Below are positions 12,442 through 24,881 of a DNA stretch of 64,000 nt, piece after piece. The notes below the pieces were generated by a model. That model saw only the letters and a list, made by a program, of their open reading frames with translations, had not been told where the DNA came from and did not search any database. The position numbers were made by a program, and so were the translations under genes. Numbering within the stretch: position 1 is the first letter of the stretch; the number at the start of each line of letters is the position of its first letter. The stretch is from Ostrea edulis (Eukaryota): assembly GCF_947568905.1 (NCBI RefSeq), contig NC_079171.1:8866001-8930000 (forward strand), read 5' to 3'.

Positions 12442-14316
12442 ATGGCAACATCCCTAGACAGTTCTTCGATGGAGGATGTTACATTGTGTTCTATATGTTT
12501 CGAAAAGTTCAAGTCGCCGAGGTTTTTACCGTGTACACATTCCTTCTGTCACGGTTGTTTATCTTCCTACATTGTTAATGTGTGTAAATCTACAGAGTTT
12601 CGTTTGGGATTTAATTGTCCATTATGCCGCGAGTACATACCCTGTCCTGGTGCATTCGATAAGCCAGATGCGTGGGCGGGGTTATTTCCGTTCAATGAAA
12701 TTTTAGAGACAATCGTTAAGAAACCTGATGGGAAATTATGTGATGCCTGTTTACGAGAAAACGAAAGTGAAAATGCTATCGGGTTTTGCTTGTCTTGTAC
12801 TGAATATTTATGCAAGATGTGTACCAAATATCACAAAAGGCAATTGCTCTCAAGAGATCATACCATATGTCAACTGAACGAGATGAAATCTAGCAACATA
12901 TTTCCCGAATCAGGGAATATCCATAGCTGCCCAAAACATAAAAGGGAAACTGTCAAATTCTTCTGTAATGATCACCAGCAGTCCTGTTGTTCAGTGTGTA
13001 TAGGAACAAGTCACAGAAAATGCGAAAGTATTGATACTGTTGAAGATGCAGCAAAAAATATAAAACAAAATCGCCAACTGGATGTTCTTTTAGGTGATAT
13101 GAAGAACATGGAAAAGAAACTGACAAAAGCAAAGAGCGAACAAGAGATAAATGTAGCAGAAATAGAGAACTCAGTGGACGAAATCATAGAGAAAACAGAA
13201 AGGGAATTCAAGGAACTTGTTGATCACCTAGACATACTGAAGAACAAACATTTAGATGAGGTAGCAGGTGCGCTGAAGAAAGGAAGGGGGAAGTTAAGTG
13301 AATGTACAAATGTACTTACTGATGGTATACAGTGTACAAATTACTGCTGCCGGAATATTAAAAGAGTTAAAGAGACTGAGAATGACGCTGAAATGGTGAT
13401 GACGTATTACAGAGTGAAAGAGAGGCTCTTACAGCTGAAACAGTTTAAATGCACGAAGAAACAGATAACGATATCTGAAGTGAAGTCACAAATTTTGAAA
13501 GAAGTGAGAAATATGGAATCTTTTGGAGATATTGAATATGCTGAGTCTGATTTTCGCATCACGTACGATGTAAATGACATTGCGTTATCTTTAGTTAATG
13601 AATTCAGCATTGATGGAGAAAATCCGATTGTGTGGACTGGGCATTTTCTGTCCAATGGTAACTTTGTATTTGCAGACTACATACCTGATGGCCGTTGTTT
13701 TATTTATAACAAAGACTGGAAATCCACGGAAGTCATTGATGGACTGAGTTACCCTTTTGAAGCAATACAAGCTGGAGAAGAACTACTGGTGACGTGTGAT
13801 GGAACGAAGTCTATAGAAGTTTTTTCTTTGTCTGATTTACATTAACTGCGAAGTATCAATATCAACGAAACAATGTATGGAATAACACAACACAATGGAA
13901 TTTGTTATGTAGCATGTGGAAATAAGATTATAAAATTGAATCTGTCTGGTAAAAAGCTTAGAGAATATAAAGTCGAAGACAATTACAATATTCACATAAG
14001 TACAACAAAAGATGGACATATTGTGTACAGTAACAGTTCCCTGAATACAGTGACCGCCATCACGGACCAGGGAGACACCGTGTGGCAGTATAAACATATC
14101 AAAATGAGAGTACCCCGTGGACTTGATGTAGACTCTGTCGGTAATATCTTTGTTGCCGCTAGAGGAAGTGACAATATCCACGTGTTGTCTGGCGCTGGCT
14201 GTCTCGTTAGGATTATCGAGGATATTCCACAGCCAATGTTTATTAAACTAATGGAAGAGAGGAGTATATGTTGTGTGTGTAGCAATCGTAGAATCATGAA
14301 AGTGTATAAATTGTAG
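12442..14316 (+). pseudogene. TRIM-b: intronless TRIM E3 ligase (RING, 2 B-boxes, coiled coil, NHL-like propeller) with one in-frame stop
   Basis: ORFs 12304-13845 and 13873-14316 are in the same frame; TAA at 13843-13845 is AAA (Lys) in TRIM-c; 624 aa if read through; C3HC4 RING CSIC..CTH..CHGC..CPLC. Confidence 0.92.
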
Positions 14317-14696
14317 AATTTGTTAATTTTGTCGTAATAAAATATTCAGAAAAAAATCAACATTAATGTTTATATGAAAATTGTCTTATCCATATACATT
14401 GCTAGTATTACCTTCATTCTAGTAAACTTTGTTGTCTCACAATAATACTAATGAGTATCAGCTGTAATTTTTTCTGCCTTAAATTACAGGCACATTACAC
14501 CGTTTTTCAGATAAAAGCAAAGGTTAGCCTAAAATTCTTGATGAGGAATGGAAAATTCCTTCTTAACTTTCAACATAATAAATACCGTGAATGGTACGGA
14601 GAAGTCAAGGTGGGATTTTAAGACTTAAAATTCATAAACTAAAAATTGTCTAAATAAATTTGCCTAAACTCCGATTTCTTAAAGGGGTGGAACTCA

Positions 14697-15240
14697 TCGG
14701 TTTAATTCATAACTTTTACACTTTTATTTTTCTCTTTCACTACTGCTATCCAAAATAATGGTAGAGACGACAGTAGGCACCCAATTATAATCCATCTTTA
14801 TTTTCATATGTAGGGGATCACAGATTTTGGATTTTTTTTTTAGCATAAACAATTTTTGGTCTGGTCTATCTAATTGTCCAATTAGTTCTGTTATTGAAGT
14901 TAATGTGAAGATTTGCTCCTGTGTCAATGCTTTAAACTATGGATACAATGCAAGATATATGGCATCTTACATGGTTCGTGATTTGATACGATTTATATTC
15001 AACGAGTTGTGTGTTTTCTATCCCTGAGACACAAATCATAAGATGTTTTTTTTATCACATGTTAACCCCTAAGGCTATTCATTTACATTACTGTAGCGTT
15101 GATAATTTTACTTCTTGACATGTAAAATTGACGTTTATTTGTGACGTCACAAACGGTGTAGGAAATAATAGTCTATGTAGTGGCATATCCATTAGATACA
15201 GGAGTAAACATCTGATAAATGTAAGTATTTAATCGTGGAC
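14697..15240 (+). repeat. Intergenic blocks W+X (match about 36401-36560 and 36830-36895, and 1-330)
   Basis: aattcataacttt...ttcactactgc, catctttattt..tatgtagggga and atttgctcctg are shared. Confidence 0.7.
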
Positions 15241-16759
15241 AACATACTGACCGGAATGGACTGATGTGTGATGATAATTTGAATATTTCTTCATGTGGGA
15301 CAGAACCTGTTGACATTTTCATTCTACATAATACTCTAAATCAATACAATTTGTCATTCTTTCTGTTTTAATGTCTTAGGAATAATTTAATGTTGCATGT
15401 ATTACGTTTTCACGGATAACTAGAATGGGATAAATGATAAAATCACAGAAACAAATTACATATTTATTTGGCATACAACTAAAATTTAAGTTTCTGATCC
15501 CGTTTTATGGCGTTGAGCATAAGCTTCCTCAAAGGCGTCTGGCTTAAACTCAGATCCACTATGCTTATGACTGCTGTCATACGTAGACACAACACGTATA
15601 TCGATGCTCCCCATTGTTTGGTTTTCATACTTTTGTACTTGGTACACGTGTACTTAGTACACACTACAAGGTAGCACCTACGACAATAAAGTCATATAAA
15701 CGTACACATACACACAAGTATTCAGGTTGAAACCTTACTTTACATTATCCATGGATAAATCCCAGCATATACCGTTATACATATTAGTTACTTCATATTA
15801 TTATGAAAAAGAAAACCGGTATCGAAACAACCACACAACACATAACTAAATAAAGATCGTTGGAAGCTTTAGGACCTTTTTAACAAAGGAAATACTATAT
15901 AAAGATCATTACATAAAAATCTCCTCCGAACAAGCTGAAAACGGGCAACATTTACAACAAAGTCAAAGTGTCTGCAATAGTTATTTTGTAATTGCTGTCA
16001 TAACATTCTGGTGAAAATGTGCTCAGATGAATGCATCAATCTTGCATGACAGTTCGATTCCTACTGAGAGCACGGACTGGTGGTTTTATGCTCCGGTAGA
16101 TTGGGGTTTAATAAAGGGGTATTTACAATTTAAAAGAGGCCCCAAGCAGGATAAAGCTACGTTTGGTTTGACAAAACAAAAGTGAACTAAAAATGAACAT
16201 ACGAATAAGATTTAACGTGACATACATCATGTCAATGTTTGTATGTATACTATTGACAGTTATATGTACAAAGTGAGAAAACTCAAGAGATAATGTCATT
16301 GTACTGCCTCGTACTCCCAGACAGGATAAAACATTAAATTCATACATAAACTGTTAGTCTGTATGTTCGGATTTTGCAATGGTAATAGTTTACTGTTTGA
16401 AACAAGGTTTATATCTCAATCACTGTCTGATATGAATGAAACGAAGAAGTCGTCAGTGCTATTTCACCCATATATTCTTTATTTGTATTGTGTATTGTTG
16501 ATGTAGTACTGTTTTTGTTGTGTGAAAGCTACGTAGGGATATTAACATGGAACGGAAGTGAATAGATACGAAAGGGCAAATATACCTATTGATTATAAAT
16601 GTAAAAATTACTGGTCGATTATTCGTTCATTTAAATAGGTTTATTTATCAATGATGAAGCATGTAAAACTCTAGTAAACTCGCTAGTTACATCCAGATTA
16701 GATTACGGAAATGCATTGAATTATGATGTTCATTCTCAACACACCAGCACATTTCAGAG

Positions 16760-17437
16760 GGCACAAAAACAGCTGTAATATTAATAACACGCTCAAAAAT
16801 AATTCGACCATATTACTCCTGTTCTAATAGATCTTTAGTGGTTCCCAGTTGAATACAGAATTGAATATAAGATACCTCTTCATACTTTCAAATTTCTCCA
16901 GTTTACATAAAGGATATCCTTGCAGTTTACAATCCCACAAAATCACTAAGATCCGAATCTCTGCATCTTTTCGAGGTACCTCGGACACGTACGAAAACAT
17001 TTGGGAATTGACGGTTAGACAAGGCTGCATCGAGTATCTGGAACTCGATGTCTTTTAAACTCAGACAATGTCCTTCGCTGTCTAGTTTTAAAGTGGACCT
17101 CAAAACGCATCCATTTTAGATTAGCTTTTAATTTGTGATTATTTTGATATACTTAGTGCCCTTACATACAAAAATCCTTTGTCGTTTTTTATTACACCTA
17201 TGTACTTTCTATGTATTTAATTATTACTATGGCTTGTTTTAAATTGTTTCATATGTTATTAGGGTAATCATATCATTACATTAGGCGCTATATATTGATA
17301 TAATAATTATGCATTTTAATTCTGACACTATGAATATTTTATTCACATGTATGTGCAAATTCTCTTTCACATTTGTAAAGAGAACTAATGTTGATAGGGC
17401 GCTATATAAATCGTTTCATTACAATTACAATTACAAT
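16760..17437 (+). mobile_element. 3' fragment of an L2/CR1-type LINE
   Basis: Translates as HITPVLIDL*WFPVEYRIEYKI and LRQCPSLSSFKVDLKTH, typical of L2 ORF2 C-termini; ends gcgctatataaat plus an (ATTACA)n tail. Confidence 0.75.
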
Positions 17438-17543
17438 TAACATGGAACGGAAGTGAATAGATGCGAAAAAGCGAATATACCAATTTATTATAAATGCAAA
17501 CATTACCGGTCGATTCTAAGTCTTAAAAAATAAATATATTGTC

Positions 17544-17731
17544 TTAATGGTTATTTTAGTGTATATATATCAACCCATGTGATGCTGGATCTTATTGGTT
17601 GTTTTAGTGTATCTATATTAACACATGTAATGCTGGTTCTTATTGGTTATTTTAGTGTATCTATATCAACACGTGTGATGCTGGATCTTATTGGTTATTC
17701 TAGTTTATCTATATCAACACCTGTGATGCTG
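17544..17731. repeat. 48-bp minisatellite, about 4 copies
   Basis: Unit ttattggttattttagtgtatctatatcaacacgtgtgatgctggatc at 17592, 17640 and 17688. Confidence 0.85.
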
Positions 17732-18671
17732 TTTTCATTTTTTATTTCATTTCTTATTTGGACTAGTTTGTGATCTGTTTATCGGTAATAGATTAGAAGA
17801 TTTATTTATCTAGACAAATTTGCCTGTACATATTAAGACATTCACATTTACGAAGGTTAATTTGTATGTTTGACAAGTGGTCAAAAGCCAAAAAAGGTTG
17901 CCACAAGGCTAAGGCAGGCCAGAAGGGGCACAAGTAAAGTTACACAGGTTGCCATGAGGCTAGGACTGATTAGCATCGGCGGAATTATTGACCCCCCCCT
18001 ACAATTTTCAAAGTATGTTACAAATCACTGCATACTATAAAAAGAAGTAAAATCAAATCATATCTATAATAATTGATTCTAAAAGGTGAACGTCAAAATA
18101 CACAAAGTCTATAACTCCGTATTTTACATAAGTAGAAGAAATGTACACACATAAATGAATAACTGTATAAAGATTCCGAGTTGATCATATAGATATTTTC
18201 AATAGAAATACTAATATGCGTTTCTTGAGAGTTGTTTATATATACCATGGTTTAATATTTTGCAGCCCCCCCCCCCTCCCCGAAATCATGCATTATTTTT
18301 TTATTGGCTATTATTAATTTTTTTCCAAATCTAGTTTTTATTTTAAAAACGAGAAACATATTTTGAGGCAAGAGACGTAACATGCTAGGAAAAGATGTAA
18401 GGGTGGATCCAGAAGATAGGGGTCCAGTCGATGGGTCCCCTCCCCCTTTGCGGAAAAAAAGTAAAGTTATTCAATTTTAAGGAGACTTCGCGTCAAAATG
18501 ATGTGAATGGTGGATATTTGCATGTAATAACATCATTCAAATTTATCAACACCAGCATATCATTTAATTCCCCGATGAATAAGACGAAATACTCCTATAT
18601 ATTTAGATTTATATTTCCCCCCTAAAATAACTCTAAAAGTTCATTTTTATTTCGGATTTCAAACATTTGGG

Positions 18672-18723
18672 TTGAGCATCACTGAAGAGACATTATTTGT
18701 CGAGTGCACATCTGTTGCATCAA
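18672..18723 (+). ncRNA. Degenerate hammerhead motif (GAAA reduced to GAG), dispersed copy
   Basis: TTGAGCATCA-CTGAAGA-GACATTATTTGTC-GAG-TGCACA-TC-TGTTGC. Confidence 0.55.
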
Positions 18724-18979
18724 AATTGGTAACGTATAAGTTTTACATTTATGATATTTTCGTTAGATTCAAGTACATCTATCCCATAAAATTCTTAAAC
18801 AGTATATGCAACATAAAAGTTTCCTTCAAGGAGGTATGCTTCACTATGGAAATTTGATATGGATAAAAGTGTTGGATATGTACAACAATATTTTGAAATT
18901 GAAAACTTTCAAATTTACTTTATTTAGTCAAAAAATACAACTTTAGTTGAAAGTACTCTGAGAAAAATTCAAAACCCTG

Positions 18980-19045
18980 TTGGACTCGAACACGCAATCT
19001 ACCATTCAACAGTCGATGTGCGAACCTACTGAGCTACTCAGTTAG
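18980..19045 (-). mobile_element. tRNA-derived head (Pol III A/B boxes) inside a repeat
   Basis: Reverse strand reads TAGCTCAGTAGG...GTTCGAGTCC; no complete cloverleaf. Confidence 0.5.
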
Positions 19046-20221
19046 GCAAGAATGTTTTAAATCAATAGACAAATATTGCTGATATTTATATTTTTATCCA
19101 TGTTTTAAAAGGACGTCAGCCATTGTGATGATGTAGAGAACCTCCTTAAGAAGCAGAAAATTGAAAAGTGAAAAAGAAGTCCAGGAAATCCTCAGAATGC
19201 AGGATTTTACACCATTTACAGCAGAGCCTATTGAGAGTAACCTTTGAATCGTTTTTTTTAAAGATTTTATATAAAATCTGAATATATGGATAAAAATGAC
19301 TAGAACGCGAGAAACAAATAGTAAAACGAAAGCAAATAAATGTATAAACTGTCCGAAGATCTCCCTAAAATGTTATGTACACAAGCAAAAAAGGTGTAAA
19401 TGAGTGGGGTTGGAGATTGTGAAAAATAACTAAAAGATCGATCAAGTGCTAGACCACCCACCACCTTCACAAATTCCTGGATCCGCCTATGAGGTGTGAG
19501 TAGGGGGGATTGAATTCCAAGAAATACAAACAGATGGACTAAAATCACAGCTCAATGTCGAGCAAATAAGTTTGATTAGACAAAAAAATCAACGGGTGAT
19601 AAATTTTGCCTCATTTGAGTAGTGATAAAGGTGTGTTTGTAAGAGGGGGTGTAACTTTACCTGTGAAGGCTAATTCCATGGTTCAATTTTACTCTTAAAA
19701 TTACTAACATTCAGGAGCTCCCGAGGGATTCGATTCCGGGGCCCCACCAGAGCTTTGCCTTGGACCAACTAGGGGCTTTAGGGCGGCCCTCGACCCCCTG
19801 TCTCTGGAAACAAATTCCACGCCCCCCAACCAGAATTCCAGGATCCACCCCTGATTAGGAGGGACATCGACAAGGTTACACATTTTCCAAACCACTGAAA
19901 AATCAAATGGATACAAAATCGATATAATGGACTTTGATTTGGTATGAAGTTGTGGCCAAGGTTAAGGTTTGTGTCAAGTTGCACCGTCAATTATTTATTT
20001 GAAATAGCCAAAATTTAAAAATAATCCGATTTTCAAATTTAAACCAATCCCCATAGGAATTATTTTAAAAGTTGTCATAAAGAATATGGTAATCAAAAAA
20101 CTACATGCCCTTGATATAAAAAGAAAATTGAAATGAATTTATCAAAATATCTTCATGAAAAGGGCATGACATTAACAACAATTTGATTTAGTATATTCTA
20201 TCAATTTTGATCGGAATTGGT

Positions 20222-21268
20222 ATTTTAACTCATCTGAGGCAAAGGGATATGTGAGCTTTTCTGATCAAAACTTTTCATTGTCTGCTGTTGTAAACTTTTC
20301 ACATTTTCATCTTTTTCCAAACCGCCAGGTCAATTTCAACTAAATTTCATACAAAACATCCTTGGGTGAAGGGGATTCCAGTTGGTTGAAATGAGGAAAA
20401 ATACTCTTTTCCAAGGAGATATGATAATGAAGATGCACTTTCAAATTTTAATGTTCTCCAGAACTAGTGAGCCAATTTCAATCAAACTTGGTACAAGGCA
20501 CCACTGTCCCTTTCAAAGGGGAGATAATCACAAAACATTGGATGTAGTAATTTAAAAGTTTTCTCACGAGCCATTGGTTCATGCAAGTTCAAATTTACAT
20601 AACGGATTCCTGACATAGTGCATATTTGAGTGTGTTAAAACCATAACGCCCGGACTTAGAGTAAGGCCCTAATAGGGGATCAATTTTTTACATCCTGATA
20701 TGTAGGTAAAATCTTTTATAAGTCTTCTCTAGAACCACTGGGCCAGAACATGGAAGCTCTCTCACATAGATCGCCGCGGTGGTCAAGAGGTTAGAGCGTT
20801 CGCCCCACAAGCGGTAGTCCGGGGTTCGAATCCCGGGCGCGACAGATCTAAGTCGTTAAAATAATTCCATCGCCAAACGCTCGGCATCAGGTGTGAATGT
20901 CACGGGTCCTCGGAGATGACCTTTAAAACGGATGTCCCGTTTCACAGTAGGTGTGGCACGCTAAAGAACCCTCACTGCTCAATGGCAATAATTTAAGCGC
21001 CGAGCATTGGTCTAAATTTGAAGTCCCTCACCGGTCTTGGTGACGTCTACATATGAGTGAAAAACTCTCCAGCTAGACGTTAAGCAAGATTCAATCAATC
21101 AATCTCCGACATAGTGTAGATTCAAGTTTGTTGCAATCATGGCACCGGAGGTTAAGTGGGATCACAATAGGTGATATGATTTAAGTTTTACATACAAATA
21201 TATAGGGGGATCTTTAAATATAGGCAATTTGTCTTGGGCGAAGGATGTGGCCCATAAGCCCTTTCTTT
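20222..21268 (+). mobile_element. Helitron/Helentron-associated non-autonomous element with Cg170-like satellite units
   Basis: Starts ttttaactcatctgag...gtgagcttttctgatc, contains ccttgggtgaaggggattc and ccaatttcaatcaaacttgg units, ends gatgtggcccataagccc; family assignment is from recall of oyster repeats. Confidence 0.6.
20769..21105 (+). mobile_element. tRNA-derived SINE nested in the Helitron-like element
   Basis: A box TGGTCAAGAGG, B box GGTTCGAATCC, central gtgtggcacgctaaagaaccctcactgctc domain shared with 36590-36830, (AATC)n tail. Confidence 0.85.
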
Positions 21269-21357
21269 TATCTAATTTGACTGAAATCTAAAAATCAAAA
21301 TAGCAATATTTCTTAAGTTTGATCATTTCATTTTAATTTCCTTTGATATGTATTTGT

Positions 21358-21537
21358 CTGATATGCAAGGTGAAGATAACGAACAGTGATCAATCTCATA
21401 ACTCCTACAAGCAATACAAAATAGATAGTTGGGCAAACACGGATCCCTGGACACACCAGAGGTGGGATCAGGTGCCTAGGAGGAGTAAGCATCCCCTGTT
21501 GACCGGTCACACCCGCCGTGAGCCCCATATCCTGATA
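21358..21537 (+). mobile_element. Repeat family A copy (further copies about 27368-27570 +, 34420-34530 -, 39560-39625 -, 45146-45212 +, 45870-46072 +, 56008-56140 +)
   Basis: ggtgaagataacgaacagtgatcaatctcataactcc...gggcaaacacgga.ccctggacacaccagaggtgggatcaggtgcctaggaggagtaagcat. Confidence 0.85.
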
Positions 21538-22064
21538 TATCTTTTTTTACAACTTGACAAATTAAAGGAGGGGGAATGTAGTAATTAGGACTATACGGAC
21601 CATGGATATCGGCCTATCAGGGGTCGAAATTAACATTTTTTACCACAGGCTAATTTTAGCCTGTGGATATAAAATCCACAGGCTAAAATGAAAACCTACA
21701 GGCAAAAATTTAAAAAAATCAAACAATGCTTTTTTGTGCTTTATTTCAATAAGTGATTTTCCCATGATTACCTAGTCTTGTGTTTAGACAAGTCAGTCAC
21801 TGATGTGAGCCATAGGGTGCAATGTTGGGTCTCTTGACCCTCATTCCACTAATCCACCACCTGTTGACAATAGGTCTGGGCTCGAAGTTTTCCAGTTTCT
21901 TACCACATATGTCTATGCGCATCAAAATGTTCATGGTTTCATGATTTAGACTAAAACGCCAATAAATTTTTATTCTCTTCATTGTAGAAAACCCCTTTTT
22001 CACATGAGGCATTGGAAAGAGGAAATAGTGATGCAAGATGAATAATTTTCATGATGTTCTTGTA

Positions 22065-23280
22065 GGTGCCATATATAGCCTATATAACTAAGTGGTTAGA
22101 GCACCTGACTAGTAATGCAGGGGCCCCGGGTTTGATTCCCGGTGTTGTAGCATAGAACCCCCCCCCCGCATAGAATTTCCTCCCAGGTAAACGGGCCCGG
22201 GATAGACATTCCCCCTGGAAAGATGGGCCTGGCATAGAATTTGCCCCTAGGAAGAATTAACCCCCCCCCCCTAGGAAAAACCGCCCCAGTATAGAATTTC
22301 CCTCTAAATGACAGTACAAGTTCTCCCCCTTCTTACATTTTAGCTATGTGTCAGTTTCCAGTTCTATTACTAGAATTCCCTTGCTTATATGGACACGGGA
22401 TTTTTTTTTTTATTTTGAGCAGGGTCTTGTGTATCACAATCATCATCTTATGTTTGGGTTTTTTTTTAAAGGAAATTATTCAAATCGTGTAATGGTATAT
22501 CAAAATGCATTTATACATTTCAAATCTTTGCTGTTATCTACCAGTATCTAACATCTGAAATAGTGAAGTTGGGAAGAAGTTAATGTCTTTTTAATTTAAA
22601 ATTTCGAATTTAAATAAACGGTTAGTTTTATTTATACAGTGCATTTAATTTAATTTTTTGATATTTTAATTGTACATGTATATCTTTTAGTCGACTTTTT
22701 ACGAAAAACCCTAATAATTTTGATCATTGTACAAGTCTTTTGGGAAGCATATTGTATTTACTATACGCAATTCAAAGTTTTCAGCGTGTAAACCCAACTT
22801 CAACAACTAAAAAAATGCCTTTATTTTATGAATATCGTAATATCAATCAGCGCATATTTATTTCATTAAACTATAACAATTGTAAAGCACATATTTGTTT
22901 CCATTTGTAACTTTTTTGATAACATGTACCTCTTTATAGCAATAATAATAAATTTCATTGAGTATTCTCTTCAGTGACATCGGTTTGCTTCATTTTATAT
23001 TGATTCAAAAACTTCTACATAAGAAGAAAAATATTCCGGTCGATGAAATCCGGAAACAGGAGGGGAAAAATTCTATACCAGGACGGTTTTTCCGCCCAGG
23101 GGGAAATTCTATACTAACTTTGTACATAGGGGGAATTATATGATGGTGCGCTTTTTCCCCCAATGGGGGAAGATCTATCCCGGGTCCGTTTTTCCGGGGG
23201 GGGGGGGGTCTATGCTACTATACCGGCCCAGCCACAAATGTTCTCTCCCCAATATATTACAGTTGGTGTCGTGACCAGCC
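22065..23280 (+). mobile_element. tRNA-containing short LTR-like element followed by a tRNA primer-binding site, split by an insertion
   Basis: tRNA-like agtggttagagc...ggtttgattcccgg (22091-22142) resumes as ccggcccagccac at 23223; ...ttacA-GT-TGGTGTCGTGACC (23264-23276) resembles a tRNA-His PBS. Confidence 0.5.
22143..23222. mobile_element. 1080-bp non-autonomous DNA transposon with CCGG target-site duplication
   Basis: CCGG at 22139-22142 and 23223-23226; TIRs TGTTGTAGCATAGAACCCCC and rc TATAGTAGCATAGACCCCC; subterminal gaattt(t)cc repeats. Confidence 0.75.
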
Positions 23281-23289
23281 CTACAAATC

Positions 23290-23408
23290 GGATTAGGTCT
23301 ATTTATGTCCCACATAGCTTTCCATACTTCTGAATACTCTGCCTACGTCACAGTTTTGTCCCGTTTCTGGAGACATTTTCAGTGTGACTATATTCTGCAC
23401 ATTGATGT
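23290..23408 (+). promoter_or_regulatory. Orphan copy of the TRIM upstream module (continues at 24380-24415 after an insertion)
   Basis: atttatgtcccacatagctttccat...ctgaata.tctgcctacgtcacagttttgtcccgtttctg is nearly identical to 37341-37445. Confidence 0.75.
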
Positions 23409-24379
23409 CAGTGGCGGATTTAAAGGGACTGATCCACGATTTTGTCCAAAATTTTATCTTTCACTTTTAATGATCAAAATCTCTTAATATGTTTAAAAGA
23501 TTTCACATAAAAATTAAAGTTATACATTATCACAGAAGCCCATTTTAGAGAGTTCATTATTTGTTTTGTAAACAAAGATTGCGGTATGTTTTGTTTACGA
23601 AATTTTCAAAAGAAATAGATATCGATCTAAGTTTATTATAATTTTCATATTTCAAGCATTCTTCGGATAAAATGTTTCATTTAAAAGTTAAAATGTGCAA
23701 CTATGCAATATTAAGATGCTTTATATTACAACATTGATATTTCACTTGGTTGTTTGTATACATAAAAAGACTCGAGTCTTTGTTTACATTTAACGCATAT
23801 TTAAGGCTAAAATATAGCTTTTATTCTTGCATTCAGAAGGTTAAGATTTTGGTTGTCAACATTAAATGAGTTATACTTTTAATATTAAACATAAACAAAA
23901 ATAAAAATAATTTGTTCAAAAACCGTGAACCAGTCCCTTTAAGGGCGGCGCACCTCCCCCCCCCCCCCCTTAAAATTTTCAAATTTGAGGTATATCGAAT
24001 TTAGAAAAATGTAAACGATAAGAGAACCAGTAATTTCTTCCACTCTCGGTGGAATAAATGACAAAATCTTTCGATTTACTGAATTACTTTTAATGGGAGC
24101 ACTTACATTATTATTTTTCCATAAACCCTTAAAATTAGCGCCATTTTATTAACTGTACCTTATTACTTGTAAAAATGACAGAAAATAGTAAAAATTACTA
24201 CATAGGAGACATATTTCAAACCTTATGAAATTTACAAAATCCAGCCGGGACCTCACGCGGGCTTCGCCCCCTGGACATCCATCAGGGATGTGTCCTTGAC
24301 CCACTGGTGGCCTCATGGCGGCTCCAAGCCTCATAAAAAAGCTGCGCCCTCATAACCGGAATTCCTGGATCCGTCCCTG
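23409..24379. mobile_element. Non-autonomous DNA transposon (CAGTGGCGGA-type TIRs) with apparent 5-bp TSD
   Basis: GATGT flanks both ends; left CAGTGGCGGATT, right end rc CAGGGACGGATCC. Confidence 0.65.
23424..23938. mobile_element. TTAA-flanked MITE (Kolobok/piggyBac-type) nested in the previous element
   Basis: TTAA at 23420-23423 and 23939-23942; TIRs AGGGACTGATCCACG and CGTGAACCAGTCCCT. Confidence 0.75.
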
Positions 24380-24864
24380 GATGTTGCAAAGATTCTACAA
24401 GGAGTACAGTATCACTATTTTTAAAATTGTTATTTCTAGTGTTTATATTTAACAGGATCCAAACCTTTAGATAGACTATACCCGACCTTAAATGCACTCA
24501 ATCTTGAAAAAAAATCTTAATAAGATAGAAATATTATATTCCAGTAATAGATAAACATTGAAAAATATATATGTTTACATGCTACATATTTGATATAATT
24601 CAAACCTTAACAAAATCAAATTACACTTATTTATGTCCCGCTGAGATTTCCATGTCCCTAGAAATTGTCCCGTTTCTACACGCCGAGGTTGGCTTCGGAT
24701 ATTTTACACTCTGGATCTACAAGGAGGACAGTGAAATGTATGCTTTATGTGCTTGTTGGCAATGACAACGTGGACAATCGACACTTCATCTACAAACACC
24801 ACAGTGTAATATTCCATGGTTTAAAAAAATAGAACGCCGAGCTTACAGCGGGTTCGCCGAATTT

Positions 24865-24881
24865 GAAATGAAACCGAAAGT
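24865..24881 (+). promoter_or_regulatory. IRF-binding element / ISRE upstream of TRIM-c
   Basis: GAAATGAAACCGAAAGT, 19 nt before ATG 24901. Confidence 0.65.

Noticed and set aside
13845-13873. Programmed frameshift or intron between the two TRIM-b ORFs
   Set aside because: Both ORFs are in the same frame and align without a gap to TRIM-c; it is a single nonsense codon
12222-14297. Antisense and overlapping ORFs on the TRIM genes (for example MNFSKHIEHNVTSS..., recurring at 37534 and 43036)
   Set aside because: They recur only because the sense RING DNA is conserved; no independent domain signal
20769-20845. tRNA genes at 20769, 46222, 22090, 18980 and 31750
   Set aside because: They have A/B boxes but no complete cloverleaf and continue into SINE or LTR-like bodies; called mobile-element heads
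21328-21588. Short ORFs such as MGLTAGVTGQQGMLTPPRHLIPPLVCPG (also at 5070, 1357 and 46181-46463)
   Set aside because: Spurious translations of interspersed repeats and SINEs
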